Shown here one piece after another: positions 8,144-18,872 of a stretch of DNA of 64,000 nt. The notes under the pieces were generated by a model. It ran no database searches, was not told the DNA's origin, and saw only the letters and a program-made list of their open reading frames with translations. The position numbers were made by a program, and so were the translations under genes. The stretch is from Candidatus Bathyarchaeota archaeon (lineage in GTDB: Archaea > Thermoproteota > Bathyarchaeia > Bathyarchaeales > Bathycorpusculaceae), in the NCBI GenBank assembly GCA_963828195.1, contig CAWHDT010000005.1:890116-954115 (forward strand). The letters run 5' to 3'. Every line of letters begins with the position of its first letter. Position 1 is the first letter of the stretch.

Positions 8144-9769
8144 GTGGCTCAAGCAACCTTTGAAGAGATTAGTGCATCTGACTTTTTCTATCGCAATAGG
8201 GACATTGCGGGTTTAACTAACCCTTCACGCGCAGTATTCGTCGCTATACGAGAAATTGTTGAGAACTCCTTAGATGCGGCTGAAAGCCAAAAAATCCCGC
8301 CAGACATATACGTTCGCTTGTCTTACGAAGGAGAAGCAACTAAAGAAACCCAAATCTACAAACTTAGGGTTGAAGACAACGGCAGCGGAATACAGCCAAG
8401 GTTCATTCCATCCGCTTTCGGTCAGGTGCTCTATGGCAGCAAATACAAGCTCAAACAGACAAGAGGCACATTTGGCTTAGGCGGAAAAATGGCCGTTCTC
8501 TACGGGCAAGTCACCACGCATCAACCCGCCTTCGTGACCTCTTCCACGGGGCAAGCAAAAATCTACAGTTTCAAATTAATGATTGACATCCAAAGAAACC
8601 GCCCAATAATTATCGACCGAAAAGTCCTAATCAACAAGGACAATTGGCGTGGAACCATAGTCGAGTTTTCCCTTGAAGGCGACTATCTTAGGGCAATGCC
8701 AAAAATTCTTGAATACTTCAAACAAACAGCTATGGTTAACCCATATGCGAATTTGACATTTGTTGATCCCAAAGGCAGACTCTACAAGTTTACCCGTGCC
8801 ACCTCCGAGATGCCTGAGCCGCCGACAGAAATACTGCCCCATCCATACGGCGTTGATGTGGAACTGCTGCAACGGCTAATCCAAATTACAACCTTTAACA
8901 ACATGGAAGATTTTTTGAGAGGCCACTTTCACCGAGTTGGTGAAGTAACAGCTGTCAAATTTTTGATTTCGGCAAATTTAATTACTTTTTCCTGCAGCGA
9001 ACATGGAAAACTTGAGTATGACCAAATAAACTGGGTTGACAACCGACCTCTTTGCCCAAAATGCAGAAAAGTAGCTCAATCTAGCTCCAAGAATCCCAAG
9101 AAGCTTTCCCATGAAGAAATCGTGCGGTTAATGCAGAACCTAAAGAAGTACAAGGATTTCTTGCCGCCTGACGCCAGCTGCCTCTCACCTTTAGGCGAGG
9201 ATTTGCTCCGAGCAGGCGTTATGAAAGAGCTAAATCCTGAGTACCTGGTGGTTCATCAGCGCAAACCCTCCACTTATTCGGGTCACCCATTCATCATTGA
9301 AATGGCGATTGCCTACGGCGGAGGAGTGCCAAAACGTGGAGCTTTTGTGATTTACCGCTTTGCAAACAAAATCCCCCTGCTCTACGATGAAGCAAGCGAC
9401 GTTTCTTATCGAGTAATCTCCGCCATGAATTGGCGAAGATACAAAGTGGCGCCTGACATGCCAATCGCAATCGTCGTTCATATTTGCAGCACAAAGGTCC
9501 CGTACAAAACTGTTGGAAAAGAATTTATCGCTGACCGCCCCGAAGTTCGCCGTGAAGAAGCCAATGCTCTGCGTGAAGTTGCCCGCCAGCTTCAGCATTT
9601 TCTGTCACGTCAAGAGCACGTTCACATGGAAAAGAAACGTTTGGGGATTTTCAGCAAGTACCTACCTAAAATAGCACAGTTTTCTGCAACATTGGCCGGG
9701 GAAACGCGTGTACCAGATATTGAAAAACTATTGAAGAGTGTGCAAAAATATGGCGCAGAAGAAAGCTAA
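8144..9769 (+). CDS. top6B: DNA topoisomerase VI subunit B
   Basis: EIVENSLDA, VEDNGSGI, RGTFGLG GHKL motifs, RFANKIPL; carries a Zn-ribbon-like insertion. Confidence 0.97.
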   Translation: MAQATFEEISASDFFYRNRDIAGLTNPSRAVFVAIREIVENSLDAAESQKIPPDIYVRLSYEGEATKETQIYKLRVEDNGSGIQPRFIPSAFGQVLYGSKYKLKQTRGTFGLGGKMAVLYGQVTTHQPAFVTSSTGQAKIYSFKLMIDIQRNRPIIIDRKVLINKDNWRGTIVEFSLEGDYLRAMPKILEYFKQTAMVNPYANLTFVDPKGRLYKFTRATSEMPEPPTEILPHPYGVDVELLQRLIQITTFNNMEDFLRGHFHRVGEVTAVKFLISANLITFSCSEHGKLEYDQINWVDNRPLCPKCRKVAQSSSKNPKKLSHEEIVRLMQNLKKYKDFLPPDASCLSPLGEDLLRAGVMKELNPEYLVVHQRKPSTYSGHPFIIEMAIAYGGGVPKRGAFVIYRFANKIPLLYDEASDVSYRVISAMNWRRYKVAPDMPIAIVVHICSTKVPYKTVGKEFIADRPEVRREEANALREVARQLQHFLSRQEHVHMEKKRLGIFSKYLPKIAQFSATLAGETRVPDIEKLLKSVQKYGAEES

Positions 9770-10850
9770 GATAATTGAAAAACAAAACGAAGTCATCGCT
9801 GGTCTACGCGACTTTGGGACCAAAATTTACAATCAGCTAGATCAAGGTGTTTTTCCAACCATTAACATGCCAAGCCGCTCCACCGAAAACATCAATTATG
9901 ACCCAGGGCTTCGGCAATATATTTTTGGTGAGAAAGTCGTCAGCCGCAGCGCCCGCAACATCCGCCACATTAAGCCATTCACACAGCTTGCTTGGGCAGC
10001 AATGTTTAGTAACGAACTTACGAGCCAACGCAAAACCAGCACGCTCAGAGACGTCTACTATTCGGCGCAGGCATACGAGATGACTTTTACAGACCAGCAG
10101 GAATCTAACAACATCATCACTGACCTGGAAACTTTAACGGGGTTTGCGCGAGAAGACTTTCATATTTTTCCAGAGGAACGAAGCGCAATTTTCGGCGACT
10201 TAGATATCGGCTACACAGTTCCCGGATATGAGGGTAAAACTTTGAATTTAACCAGCCACCCAGACGGCGTGCTGATCGGTCCAGCCTTGACTTCAGCGGA
10301 ATTCATAAACACGAAAGCCGACAAAGTCATAGCAATCGAGAAAGGCGCGCTTTTTACAAGATTCATCGAAGAAAACGTTCACAACAAGCACAAGTCCCTT
10401 TTAATCTCGTGCGGTGGACAAGCGCCAAGGCAAACCCGAAGTTTCATCCGCCGCCTCCATGACGAGTTGAATTTGCCAGTTTACATTTTAACTGATGGAG
10501 ACCCCTGGGGAATGCACATCGCCCAAGTCATCATTTCGGGCTCAGCCAACGCGGCGCACCTAAGAGAGCTGAACACGCCTGATGCGGTCTGGAGTGGAGT
10601 TTGGGCAAGCGACATCATCGAATACAAATTGCCCACTGACCCGCTGGATGAAGTGGATATTAAACGGTTATACGAGTTGCAGAAGGACCCAAGATACCAA
10701 AATGACCCGCTGTGGCAAAGAGAAATAAAACTGTTCCTAAAAATAAAGCGAAAGGCAGAGCAAGAAGCTTTCAGCCGCTACGGATTAACCTACATAGTTG
10801 ACGAATATTTACCCACTAAACTAGAAGCCGCCACTGAAAAGAAAAAATAA
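9750..10850 (+). CDS. top6A: DNA topoisomerase VI subunit A
   Basis: STLRDVYY catalytic Tyr region, IAIEK, TDGDPWG TOPRIM; overlaps top6B. Confidence 0.97.
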   Translation: MAQKKAKIIEKQNEVIAGLRDFGTKIYNQLDQGVFPTINMPSRSTENINYDPGLRQYIFGEKVVSRSARNIRHIKPFTQLAWAAMFSNELTSQRKTSTLRDVYYSAQAYEMTFTDQQESNNIITDLETLTGFAREDFHIFPEERSAIFGDLDIGYTVPGYEGKTLNLTSHPDGVLIGPALTSAEFINTKADKVIAIEKGALFTRFIEENVHNKHKSLLISCGGQAPRQTRSFIRRLHDELNLPVYILTDGDPWGMHIAQVIISGSANAAHLRELNTPDAVWSGVWASDIIEYKLPTDPLDEVDIKRLYELQKDPRYQNDPLWQREIKLFLKIKRKAEQEAFSRYGLTYIVDEYLPTKLEAATEKKK

Positions 10851-11026
10851 GAATCCAATATTTTTAGAAAATGTGTTGTAAATAGAAACAACTTTGCTTT
10901 TTCCAAAAAAAAGAAGTTATTATCTAAATCTTAAAAATAAAGAGAAAGGCTGAACAAGAATGTTTCAGTCCGTTCGTTCAATTCTGCATTGTTGATGAAT
11001 ACTTGTTATGAAGCTCAAAATAGTGC

Positions 11027-11461
11027 TTACATCATGGGTGCTGCAACTTTCGCTTGTTTTCCCACCCAAATCTTTACTGTTGCTTCATTGCTCTTCATGT
11101 CGACCATTCCTTCAACTTTAGCTTTGGTGTTGTTTAGCCAGCTGAGCTTTGGCGAGTTTGTCATAAGGGTAACTTCACCCGTGAAATTGTTTTGTTTTCC
11201 GGTGCCTTTGCCCCAAATCATTAGTACGTCGCCTTCTTTGGTCATTTCAATTGATTTGCTTTCCCACTCGTTAGTTCCATCTATCTTCATCTTGACGTCA
11301 GTTGTTTCAACGTGATTTGCCTGATATTTATCACTTTTAGCTTCCCCACTTGAATTGTACTGGACCATTGCGCCGTCTTGACTGAATTCTTTTATTATGG
11401 TAGCATCGGTTTTCTCTTTTATTTCAATTAACATTTCTTTTTTTTCCATTAAAAACGCCAT
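11027..11461 (-). CDS. Hypothetical protein (beta-rich)
   Basis: 144-aa ORF with natural composition; no family recognised. Confidence 0.6.
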   Translation of the reverse strand: MAFLMEKKEMLIEIKEKTDATIIKEFSQDGAMVQYNSSGEAKSDKYQANHVETTDVKMKIDGTNEWESKSIEMTKEGDVLMIWGKGTGKQNNFTGEVTLMTNSPKLSWLNNTKAKVEGMVDMKSNEATVKIWVGKQAKVAAPMM

Positions 11462-11694
11462 TTCATAAAACCCGATGACACAATTTATGCCTATGTGACT
11501 GTGCTAGTGCATCAACGAGGATTTATTGATCTGATCGAGACATTCGCCAAAATAACTGCTCGTTCATGTCTGTAGCGCTAAAGCTCATCAATCCTTTGCT
11601 TATGTTGCCTAAATCGCGTTCGACAACAAATAATTTAAATTACCCCTCTTTGTTTATGTAGCCATTAACACGGAGAGACAGGGCGTTAACATCT

Positions 11695-11904
11695 ATGAGT
11701 GAAGAAGGAGACACATTCTTTGTATCCCTTGCCGAGAAACTAATAGGGGTACTCTTAATCGTAGTCGGCGGCATAATGATTTATCTCACCACGACAACAA
11801 GCAGTTCAAGCGGTCTTGGCGATTTCACGTTATTCTTCGGTGTCCTGAGCGTCATCATGGTTATCATCGGTCTCTTTCTACTTCTTGCGAGACCATCCGA
11901 ATAA
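11695..11904 (+). CDS. Small two-TM membrane protein
   Basis: Two hydrophobic helices; TTTAAAT box upstream. Confidence 0.65.
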   Translation: MSEEGDTFFVSLAEKLIGVLLIVVGGIMIYLTTTTSSSSGLGDFTLFFGVLSVIMVIIGLFLLLARPSE

Positions 11905-12048
11905 CTTCTTTCATTCAGTAACCGGTAATATCCGCGTTAAACCCGCCAAGAAGCGTAATCATCAAGAGCGAAAGTGCTCTCACCAGCTTTATAAACCGAA
12001 AAATCATTATGAGTCGTATATAACTTATTGTGGACAGGGATTTAATTT

Positions 12049-13833
12049 ATGCCAACACGCCAACCAATAGTATGCGTATTAGGACATGTAGATGCGGGAA
12101 AAACCTCGCTGCTTGATGAACTGAGAAAAACCAGCGTGCAAGCGCGTGAAGCAGGCGGAATGACTCAGCATATAGGCGCAAGCTTCTTCCCCGTTGAAAC
12201 GCTCAAACAGCTTATCGGTCCCTACATGTCTAGTTTCAAAACAGGTATAGAAATCCCCGGTCTTTTGATTGTTGATACGCCTGGGCATGAGGCTTTCACG
12301 AACTTGAGGCGCAGAGGCGGAAGCGTCGCGGACATAGCGATACTTGTCGTGAATGCGATAAAAGGTTTTGAAGCTCAAACTTTCGAGTGCATCGATATTT
12401 TGAAAGCCCGCAAAACCCCGTTTATCGTTGCTGTCAATCAGATTGATCGCATTCCGGGTTGGGTGCCTCAGCGCGGCGAGCCTTTTTTGAAGTCTTATGC
12501 TTCCCAATCCAGTTTCGTGCGTGAAGCGGTGGATAACCGTCTATACCAGGTGATGGGTGAGTTTTCGCGTTTAGGTTTCAAAACTGACCGGTTTGATCAC
12601 ATCCGCGATTTCACGGTTAACGTGGCTTTGGTTCCGACCAGCGCAAAAACCGGCGAAGGCTTATCAGAGCTAGTTATGGTTCTGGTTGGACTGAGCCAGC
12701 AGTTTCTCAAGAAACGTTTGGAGACAACAGAGGGCGCAGCTAAGGGTACAGTGCTAGAGGTAAAAGATGAACCAGGTTTAGGCTTAACTTTGAACACTAT
12801 TGTTTACGATGGCACCCTACATAAGGACGATTTGATTGTTGTCGGGGGACGCAACGGGGCGCTTTCGGCTCGTGTACGCGCGATTTTAGTTCCAAAGCCC
12901 CTTGATGAGATGAGGGATCCGCGGGACAAGTTTACTTCAGTTGACTGCGTTTTTGCCAGTGCAGGTGTTAAGATAGTTGCGCCTGATTTGGAGGGCGCTT
13001 TGGCCGGTGCACCATTATTCGCTGTGCCAACCGGTGAAGACCCCGCTAAATACAGTAAGCTTATCACTGAAGAAATCGGCAGAATCAGGATTGCCAAGGA
13101 GATTGAAGGCGTCATCGTTAAGGCAGACACACTTGGCTCGTTAGAGGCCATGGCTGAAATTTTGAAAGCCAACAACGTTCAGGTTCGAATCGCAGACGTC
13201 GGGGACATCAGCAAACGCGACGTGATTGAGGCATCAGTTGTGAAGACGCGTGAACCGTTAGTCGGCGCCATTTTGGCTTTCGGCGTCAAAACTTTGCCTG
13301 ACGCAGCGGAGGAAGCAGAACACAACAACATTCCTATTTTTAACCAACCCATCATCTACAACCTGATAGACGCCTACATTCAGTGGGCTAAAAACAAGCG
13401 CGAATCAAAAAGCGAAGCAGAATTTGAGGCACTTGTCAAGCCGGGAAAACTTATGGTTTTGCCCAACTGCATTTTCCACAGAGCTAAGCCGCTTGTCGTC
13501 GGCGTGGAGGTTTTAGGCGGGCGGTTGCAGCCGAAGTATGGCCTTATGCGCAAGGAAGACAGCAGCGATTTAGGGGAAGTTGACCAGATTCAGGACCAGG
13601 GCAAAGCCGTGCCGGAAGCTAAGGTCGGCATGCAGGTGGCGATTTCGATGGATAAGCCGATTGCGGGCAGGCATATATTTGAAAAAGACATTTTGTACGT
13701 GAAGGTGCCTGAGAAGGACGCTAAAGCATTGTTGACGACACATGCAGATGATTTGACGGCGGATGAACAAGAAGTGCTAAAAGAATTCATTGCGCTTATG
13801 CGTAAGAAAACTCTGTTTTGGGCTGGAGTTTAA
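12049..13833 (+). CDS. infB: Translation initiation factor aIF5B (IF-2)
   Basis: RQPIVCVLGHVDAGKT, TQHIGA, DTPGHEAFTNLRRRGG, KADTLGSLEA. Confidence 0.97.
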   Translation: MPTRQPIVCVLGHVDAGKTSLLDELRKTSVQAREAGGMTQHIGASFFPVETLKQLIGPYMSSFKTGIEIPGLLIVDTPGHEAFTNLRRRGGSVADIAILVVNAIKGFEAQTFECIDILKARKTPFIVAVNQIDRIPGWVPQRGEPFLKSYASQSSFVREAVDNRLYQVMGEFSRLGFKTDRFDHIRDFTVNVALVPTSAKTGEGLSELVMVLVGLSQQFLKKRLETTEGAAKGTVLEVKDEPGLGLTLNTIVYDGTLHKDDLIVVGGRNGALSARVRAILVPKPLDEMRDPRDKFTSVDCVFASAGVKIVAPDLEGALAGAPLFAVPTGEDPAKYSKLITEEIGRIRIAKEIEGVIVKADTLGSLEAMAEILKANNVQVRIADVGDISKRDVIEASVVKTREPLVGAILAFGVKTLPDAAEEAEHNNIPIFNQPIIYNLIDAYIQWAKNKRESKSEAEFEALVKPGKLMVLPNCIFHRAKPLVVGVEVLGGRLQPKYGLMRKEDSSDLGEVDQIQDQGKAVPEAKVGMQVAISMDKPIAGRHIFEKDILYVKVPEKDAKALLTTHADDLTADEQEVLKEFIALMRKKTLFWAGV

Positions 13834-14183
13834 AAGAAAGGTTTCGCCCATGTTTTGTAGCTGAATTTTGTTATTAATTTTCATTTTTGAAAGAACAACA
13901 ACACCCGAAATTCAAATGTTGTTCTTCTCGGCAATCAATATTTCAAAAGAAGAAGCTGGTGAAATCGTTTTTCTTCTTCTTCTTCTTCCGCCCGGTTTCT
14001 TTTTGTTGCCGTTTTTTGGTGCAAATAGTAGGTAGGTCTATAGGTAGGCGGATTTCTGTGCAGGGCTTAATTCAGACTGTTTTTCGGATTTAGTGTTTGG
14101 ATTTAAGCTTAAGGCAGAGAAAAAAATGGTTTAAAGCCTTACAGAAACTGCTTCCGCCCATACTCCGGAGACCAGACACTGAA

Positions 14184-14775
14184 TCACTTAGGCTTTTCTT
14201 TAAAGCATAAAGTTAAAATGCCGTCAATACAGAACGGGAACAGTTCCCCTTCGCTGCCTTGTTTCACACACAGCTGTTTCATGTCGCATTTCGGGCAGAT
14301 TTCGCTGCTTAACTGCGCCGAGCTAATTTCTAAGAAGCTTTTTTCTTTAAGGGTTTCGTATGCGAATTTCAAGTATTTTCCTTCAGCTATCCGTGGGACC
14401 TCATATTTTGCTGCTTCTACCCCAGCTTGGATGGCAAAGTGTTCGTAGAGTCTTTCTTGCGCCTTTTTGGGAGTTACAGCTTTTGCATATCCAAACTATA
14501 TTCTTCTCAACATTTGGTCCATGATATTTTTGTGGCAGCAAATGCTCAAGCGTCAAGTCCGCGGTTGCCCCACAGAAAACGCATTCGTTCGTATACTCCC
14601 GTTCTTTGACGTATTCCCTGATTTCATTCCAACTAATGCTGCCCGACTTAAGCTGCTTAAACTTGTTCATAACAAAACCATAATCTTTCTTGCCGATGCC
14701 AGCTGAATCAGCGATTATTTTCGCGTACTGCCAATAAATAAGGTCCTCAATGGTTTTAACTGCAGCTGGAGGCAT
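14184..14775 (-). pseudogene. HNH endonuclease with Cys-rich C-terminus, split by a +1 frameshift near 14455
   Basis: CVFCG...LTLEHLLP...CKSCNSQKG; removing one A restores ...KGARRLYEHFAIQAGVEAAKYEVPRIAEGKYLKFAY joining the 14184-14372 ORF. Confidence 0.75.
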
Positions 14776-14813
14776 GGATTTTTGTCCCCTTGATTAGATG
14801 AGGATAATAGCAT

Positions 14814-15828
14814 TTACTCTTTAGCTTTGCTTTTCTGCTTTTGTTTATTTTTCTTAAACAGCATAATTTCGTCAGTTGAAATGTTGCAGGCTTCTTGCGA
14901 TATTTTGATTCCACCAAAAAGGAGAGCAAGTGGGCTCTCAACTTCTTTCAGTTCTTCTATGTATTCTTTCGGTATTTTCCTTCCGAGAAGCATGCATGCC
15001 AGTAGCAAGAAGTCTTTATCTTGCTTATCAAAATCGTTTAGAAATGCATACGACCCTATTATTTCCTTTGAGGCAGCTTTTAAATCAAAAGTCACCGTTG
15101 GCTTAACAAAAGCTGATACATCATCTCTGTAAGCGCTGTTCTCGTATCTCTTGGTCAAATTTAGGTAGTGGGTTTTTGGGTTGAAAACTTTGCGAGAACG
15201 GTAGAAATAGTAAAGAAACATCTTTCTTATGATAACTGGATTTGGCTTAAGTTTTGAAATAAAGTACAGGTCGTATATGTCTCTCCCTTTGCTTCTTTCC
15301 ATTAGCGCTCTTAAGTTTAGTTGACGTTAATTCTTCCAAAGTATAAGTTGTTACATTGGCAACTCCATCCGGTGTTTTTATTTGTTTTTGAAGAGGCGGA
15401 AGGATAGGAAAGCGCTCTACATGAGAAATTTCGATTTTAATATTTTGATTGGTGCCAGCAAGGGTTCTGTATCTGGCCTTAATTGTCGTCTGCTCATACC
15501 TGTGTTTTGAGTGAATGATGCAGGCAGTATCATGTTTTTCTAAAAGACTGCATAGCTGCTTTCTGATTGCTTGCTTTTCTTGTAATACTTTTTCTTTAGG
15601 TCCTATATGGTTAAAGTCAAGATCCACTGAAAGCCTCGATGTTGCCCCCAAATACAATTTGTTTATGGCAGTTCCGCCTTTCATAAACAATCGTTCGGAT
15701 AGGAAATCGTTTTGGTATATACCTTGGAGAATTGCCACGAGGCGATAGTCTAATTCCGCGAAAAGCAAATCTGAAAGTCCCTGCTCATCTGCCCAAACTC
15801 TTAGGTCATGACTAGTTAGCTTGAGCAA
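14814..15828 (-). pseudogene. abiEii: AbiEii-type nucleotidyltransferase toxin (type IV TA), split by a +1 frameshift near 15311
   Basis: MKGGTAI...RLSVDLDF, IKIEIS, YTLEEL; removing one A gives TKLRALMERSKGRDIYDL. Confidence 0.8.
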
Positions 15829-15848
15829 ATTGCACCACTACCTTTACA

Positions 15849-17066
15849 TTATATCTCAAGAAAGCCCGCGTTGTTAATTATCCCCCATTTCCTCGATATT
15901 TCACCTTGCATCGGTCCGTCGATGTCAAGACGATAAACCTTAGAGCTGCTTAACGCCAAAAGATCGTTAAGAATTGTCTGGTCAATTTGAATCTTTTTTC
16001 GTTCTCTTAAAAAGTCGATGATGAAACCTATTCTTTGAGCAAGGGCATGGTTTTCAAATTGAGTTATATACTTAACTAACTTTTGCCAATCGAATTTTTC
16101 CGTTGAAATGGCATTTAATAAAATCCTGATTACTTCTGCAATGCCGCTGCTTAGATCTTGCCTATCCGCACAGTCAACGATGGTTTTCTCAATGTCTGAG
16201 ACCTTTAGGTTGATATCTGAGTATTTAGTTTCCTGATATCCGAAAAACCGCGATTTCTTTATGTTGACAAAAACCAGATTTATATTTCCAATTTTTATTG
16301 GCCTCAATTGTTTGAGTACAGCCACGGTGGTTTTAAAAGGCATTTGTTCAGCTATGCCGTGAATGTGCGCAGCACTATAGTAAGCGATATAGTAATCACT
16401 TTGCTTCATCAGTTCACTGACTAAAACCAAGGGGTCAGCAACATAGCTTTTCCTGCCATAAAGTACGTCTGCAGGGATGATTACGTATTTTCCTCTTCCA
16501 ACTCTCTGAGCAGCACCTTGCTTTGCCAGTTTTGACAAAATATTCTTGGCACGCGAATTCGAGATTCCAAGCGTTAATATCAAGTCTTCGACTTTAACAA
16601 CAGTATACCCTCGTTTCAGAAGAGCGAAATATGCGGTCTGTTGTACTGGGCTGAGCTTCACTACAGCATTTCTGCCGTTTTCATTTTTTGCAATATCTTG
16701 CGGTAAACCTAAATCGGCAAAAGTAAGGGTGCTGATATCTATCTTTTTTAGAGTATCCTTTAATTCTGAATTTATCCCCTCGCAAATAAGAAAAACTTTT
16801 GCGTCAGGATTAACTTTTGACAACGTTGATTTGTATTCAACGATTTGTCCTACGCTTAATCTGTTACACTTAGACGCTTTGACTTCGATATAGTAATCGA
16901 TTCCTTTCGAATCTTTCGCATGTATGTCAAAAGTACTATTACTTGTAACCCGCTCATTTTGATTTACCAGCTTGAGACCAGGAAAGAAACGAGGCAAGTT
17001 ATCTGCTAAGTAATTCTCAAGCGCCTGTCGATTTGAATATGGTTCAATCTGACTTTTCATATTCAC
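15849..17066 (-). CDS. AbiEi-type antitoxin fused to an N-terminal NucS/EndoMS-like PD-(D/E)XK nuclease domain
   Basis: N-term LENYLADN...FDIHAKD...YYIEVKA...GQIVEY; then wHTH (LSKLAKQG..QRVGRGKY) and AbiEi C-term (YIAYYSAAHIHG, VSDIEKTIVD, QRIGF). Confidence 0.8.
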   Translation of the reverse strand: MNMKSQIEPYSNRQALENYLADNLPRFFPGLKLVNQNERVTSNSTFDIHAKDSKGIDYYIEVKASKCNRLSVGQIVEYKSTLSKVNPDAKVFLICEGINSELKDTLKKIDISTLTFADLGLPQDIAKNENGRNAVVKLSPVQQTAYFALLKRGYTVVKVEDLILTLGISNSRAKNILSKLAKQGAAQRVGRGKYVIIPADVLYGRKSYVADPLVLVSELMKQSDYYIAYYSAAHIHGIAEQMPFKTTVAVLKQLRPIKIGNINLVFVNIKKSRFFGYQETKYSDINLKVSDIEKTIVDCADRQDLSSGIAEVIRILLNAISTEKFDWQKLVKYITQFENHALAQRIGFIIDFLRERKKIQIDQTILNDLLALSSSKVYRLDIDGPMQGEISRKWGIINNAGFLEI

Positions 17067-17242
17067 TACGCACTTTATATGAGGTTCATTATGTATATAA
17101 AAGGTTTCAGGCTTTCCCTAAATTAATTCAGCATTATCATTTCGCGCTTTCTTTATGCTTGCTGCTTCGATGATTATCTTGGCTATAAACTTCGGGGTTG
17201 AGAAAGCGTTTTATCCCCAAAAAATGGAGGAAACCTTGACTT

Positions 17243-17461
17243 ATGGTGCATGTAGAATACGACCCAAAAGCCGATGCTATGTACATTTGGTTGAGAAAAG
17301 CCAAATATGACATAAGCGAAGAACTAGCAGAAAACGTAGTTATAGATTTGGACAAAAACGGGCGAATCATAGGTATAGAAGGTTTGGATGCTTCAAAGAA
17401 CTTGGGCAAAGAGCTAGTAACTAAAATCATTAATACGGAAAAAATAGCTGCGACAGTTTAG
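17243..17461 (+). CDS. DUF2283 family protein
   Basis: VEYDPKADAMYIWL...VVIDLDKNGRIIGIE..DAS. Confidence 0.85.
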   Translation: MVHVEYDPKADAMYIWLRKAKYDISEELAENVVIDLDKNGRIIGIEGLDASKNLGKELVTKIINTEKIAATV

Positions 17462-17473
17462 ATGACAAATGGT

Positions 17474-17632
17474 TTACATTGCCGGGTTCTTGCGGTTTTC
17501 TATTTCTTCCTTCGTCCAGTCATGAAGCACCAGAGCCATCCAAACGTAGTTGACGTAGGGAACGCCTATCATGCTGGCTTCAAAACTAAGTTTCGTAGCT
17601 ACTGTCAATATATGCTCTTTACTCATCAGCAT
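17474..17632 (-). CDS. Small hypothetical protein (about 50-52 aa)
   Basis: Hand-translated MLMSKEHILTVATKLSFEASMIGVPYVNYVWMALVLHDWTKEEIENRKNPAM; GTGAG upstream. Confidence 0.4.
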   Translation of the reverse strand: MLMSKEHILTVATKLSFEASMIGVPYVNYVWMALVLHDWTKEEIENRKNPAM

Positions 17633-17763
17633 TTTTCTATCTCACGCTTCTTTGAACTGTTTTTAACTTTTGGTTAATAGTTAGATGTCTCAAGAAATAA
17701 ATCTTATCTAGTTAAAATATAGGTTCCAACGGAGAACCCGCTTGATTCTATAGGCTAGAGTTC

Positions 17764-18057
17764 CTAGCCGCCGCCTACTGGTGGCAGAATAGCCAGCACA
17801 TCCCCCTCTTTGAGTTCTGTTTCTAAACCGTTCTGCGTTGATGTGCTGTTTCCGTTAACGAGAAATTGGAGGAAACCTTTAGGTTGCTGCGTTTTGCCGT
17901 CGTAAACATACTCTGCGAAGGGTGTTCCGTATTTTTTGGAGAGCATTTTAAGAACCAAGTCAACAGTAACCTTCTCACCACTAGTAAAATTGAGCGTTTC
18001 TTCTCTTTTGCCTGCGATTTCTCGGAGGCTTGTGAATAAGCGAACTTTAACTTGCAA
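17764..18057 (-). CDS. MoaD/ThiS/SAMP ubiquitin-like sulfur carrier
   Basis: VKVRLFTSLREIAG...FLVNG...LKEGDVLAILPPVGGG C-terminal diglycine; TTG start inferred. Confidence 0.88.
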   Translation of the reverse strand: MQVKVRLFTSLREIAGKREETLNFTSGEKVTVDLVLKMLSKKYGTPFAEYVYDGKTQQPKGFLQFLVNGNSTSTQNGLETELKEGDVLAILPPVGGG

Positions 18058-18344
18058 TATCTCGCCATAATGATATTGACGATTGTAGAAATTAACTTTA
18101 CGAAGCTGAAGTGTAGAAACAGTTTGATACAGCAAAGGCTTAAGCCAAACCAGATGTTGAGTTTATCTTATGTCTTCCAAACCAAAACGTAATCCGAAGA
18201 AACACTCGTTTCGCCCAGCGATGGATGAAGCCAGCAGCCCAATGCACGATGCCCATATAAAAAAGATACGGGAACAAGAAAAAATTTAATCCCAAGCAAA
18301 CCCTAAAGCCTACTGCAACTTGATATTGATAGGCTCGGTTCACT

Positions 18345-18812
18345 GTGAAAGGCTTAAGCGTAAAAATAGTGAAGGCAAACATCGGCGATGCAGAGGAAAT
18401 TTTGGCGCTTCAAAAGTTGGCGTTTCAGAGCGTAGCGAAGGTTCATGGCGGCTTTCAGATTCCGCCGTTGACTGAAACCCTTGACGAGTGGAAGGAGACT
18501 TTTAAGACCCATGTGGTTTTGAAGGCGACATTGGATGAAAAAATTATCGGCTCTGTCAGAGTCTTAGCCAAAGAGGGCACTTGCTTCGTGGGGCGGCTAA
18601 TAGTTAACCCAGACTTTCAGAACCTTGGCGTCGGAACGAAGCTTCTCTTAGAAACTGAGCTTACTTTTCCAGCCTGCGGCAGGTTTGAGCTTTTCACAAG
18701 CAGCAAAAGCGTAAAGAGCATTTATCTTTACGAAAAACTCGGGTACAAACGATTTAAAACCGTGGAAATCACCGACGACCACAAGCTCGTTTTTCTCGAA
18801 AAAATAAGGTGA
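18345..18812 (+). CDS. GNAT family N-acetyltransferase
   Basis: GRLIVNPDFQNLGVGTKLL acetyl-CoA motif, LYEKLGY. Confidence 0.9.
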   Translation: MKGLSVKIVKANIGDAEEILALQKLAFQSVAKVHGGFQIPPLTETLDEWKETFKTHVVLKATLDEKIIGSVRVLAKEGTCFVGRLIVNPDFQNLGVGTKLLLETELTFPACGRFELFTSSKSVKSIYLYEKLGYKRFKTVEITDDHKLVFLEKIR

Positions 18813-18872
18813 ACCGACTTGTTTATCTTTCAAGCCATTTTAGAATAAAGGTAAGCTAAGAGGGGAACCAGC

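Noticed and set aside
8975-9085. Intein in top6B
   Set aside because: About 35 aa with no C-terminal HN-[CST] junction
18140-18382. 80-aa minus-strand ORF
   Set aside because: No recognisable motif, overlaps the GNAT start region, no convincing RBS
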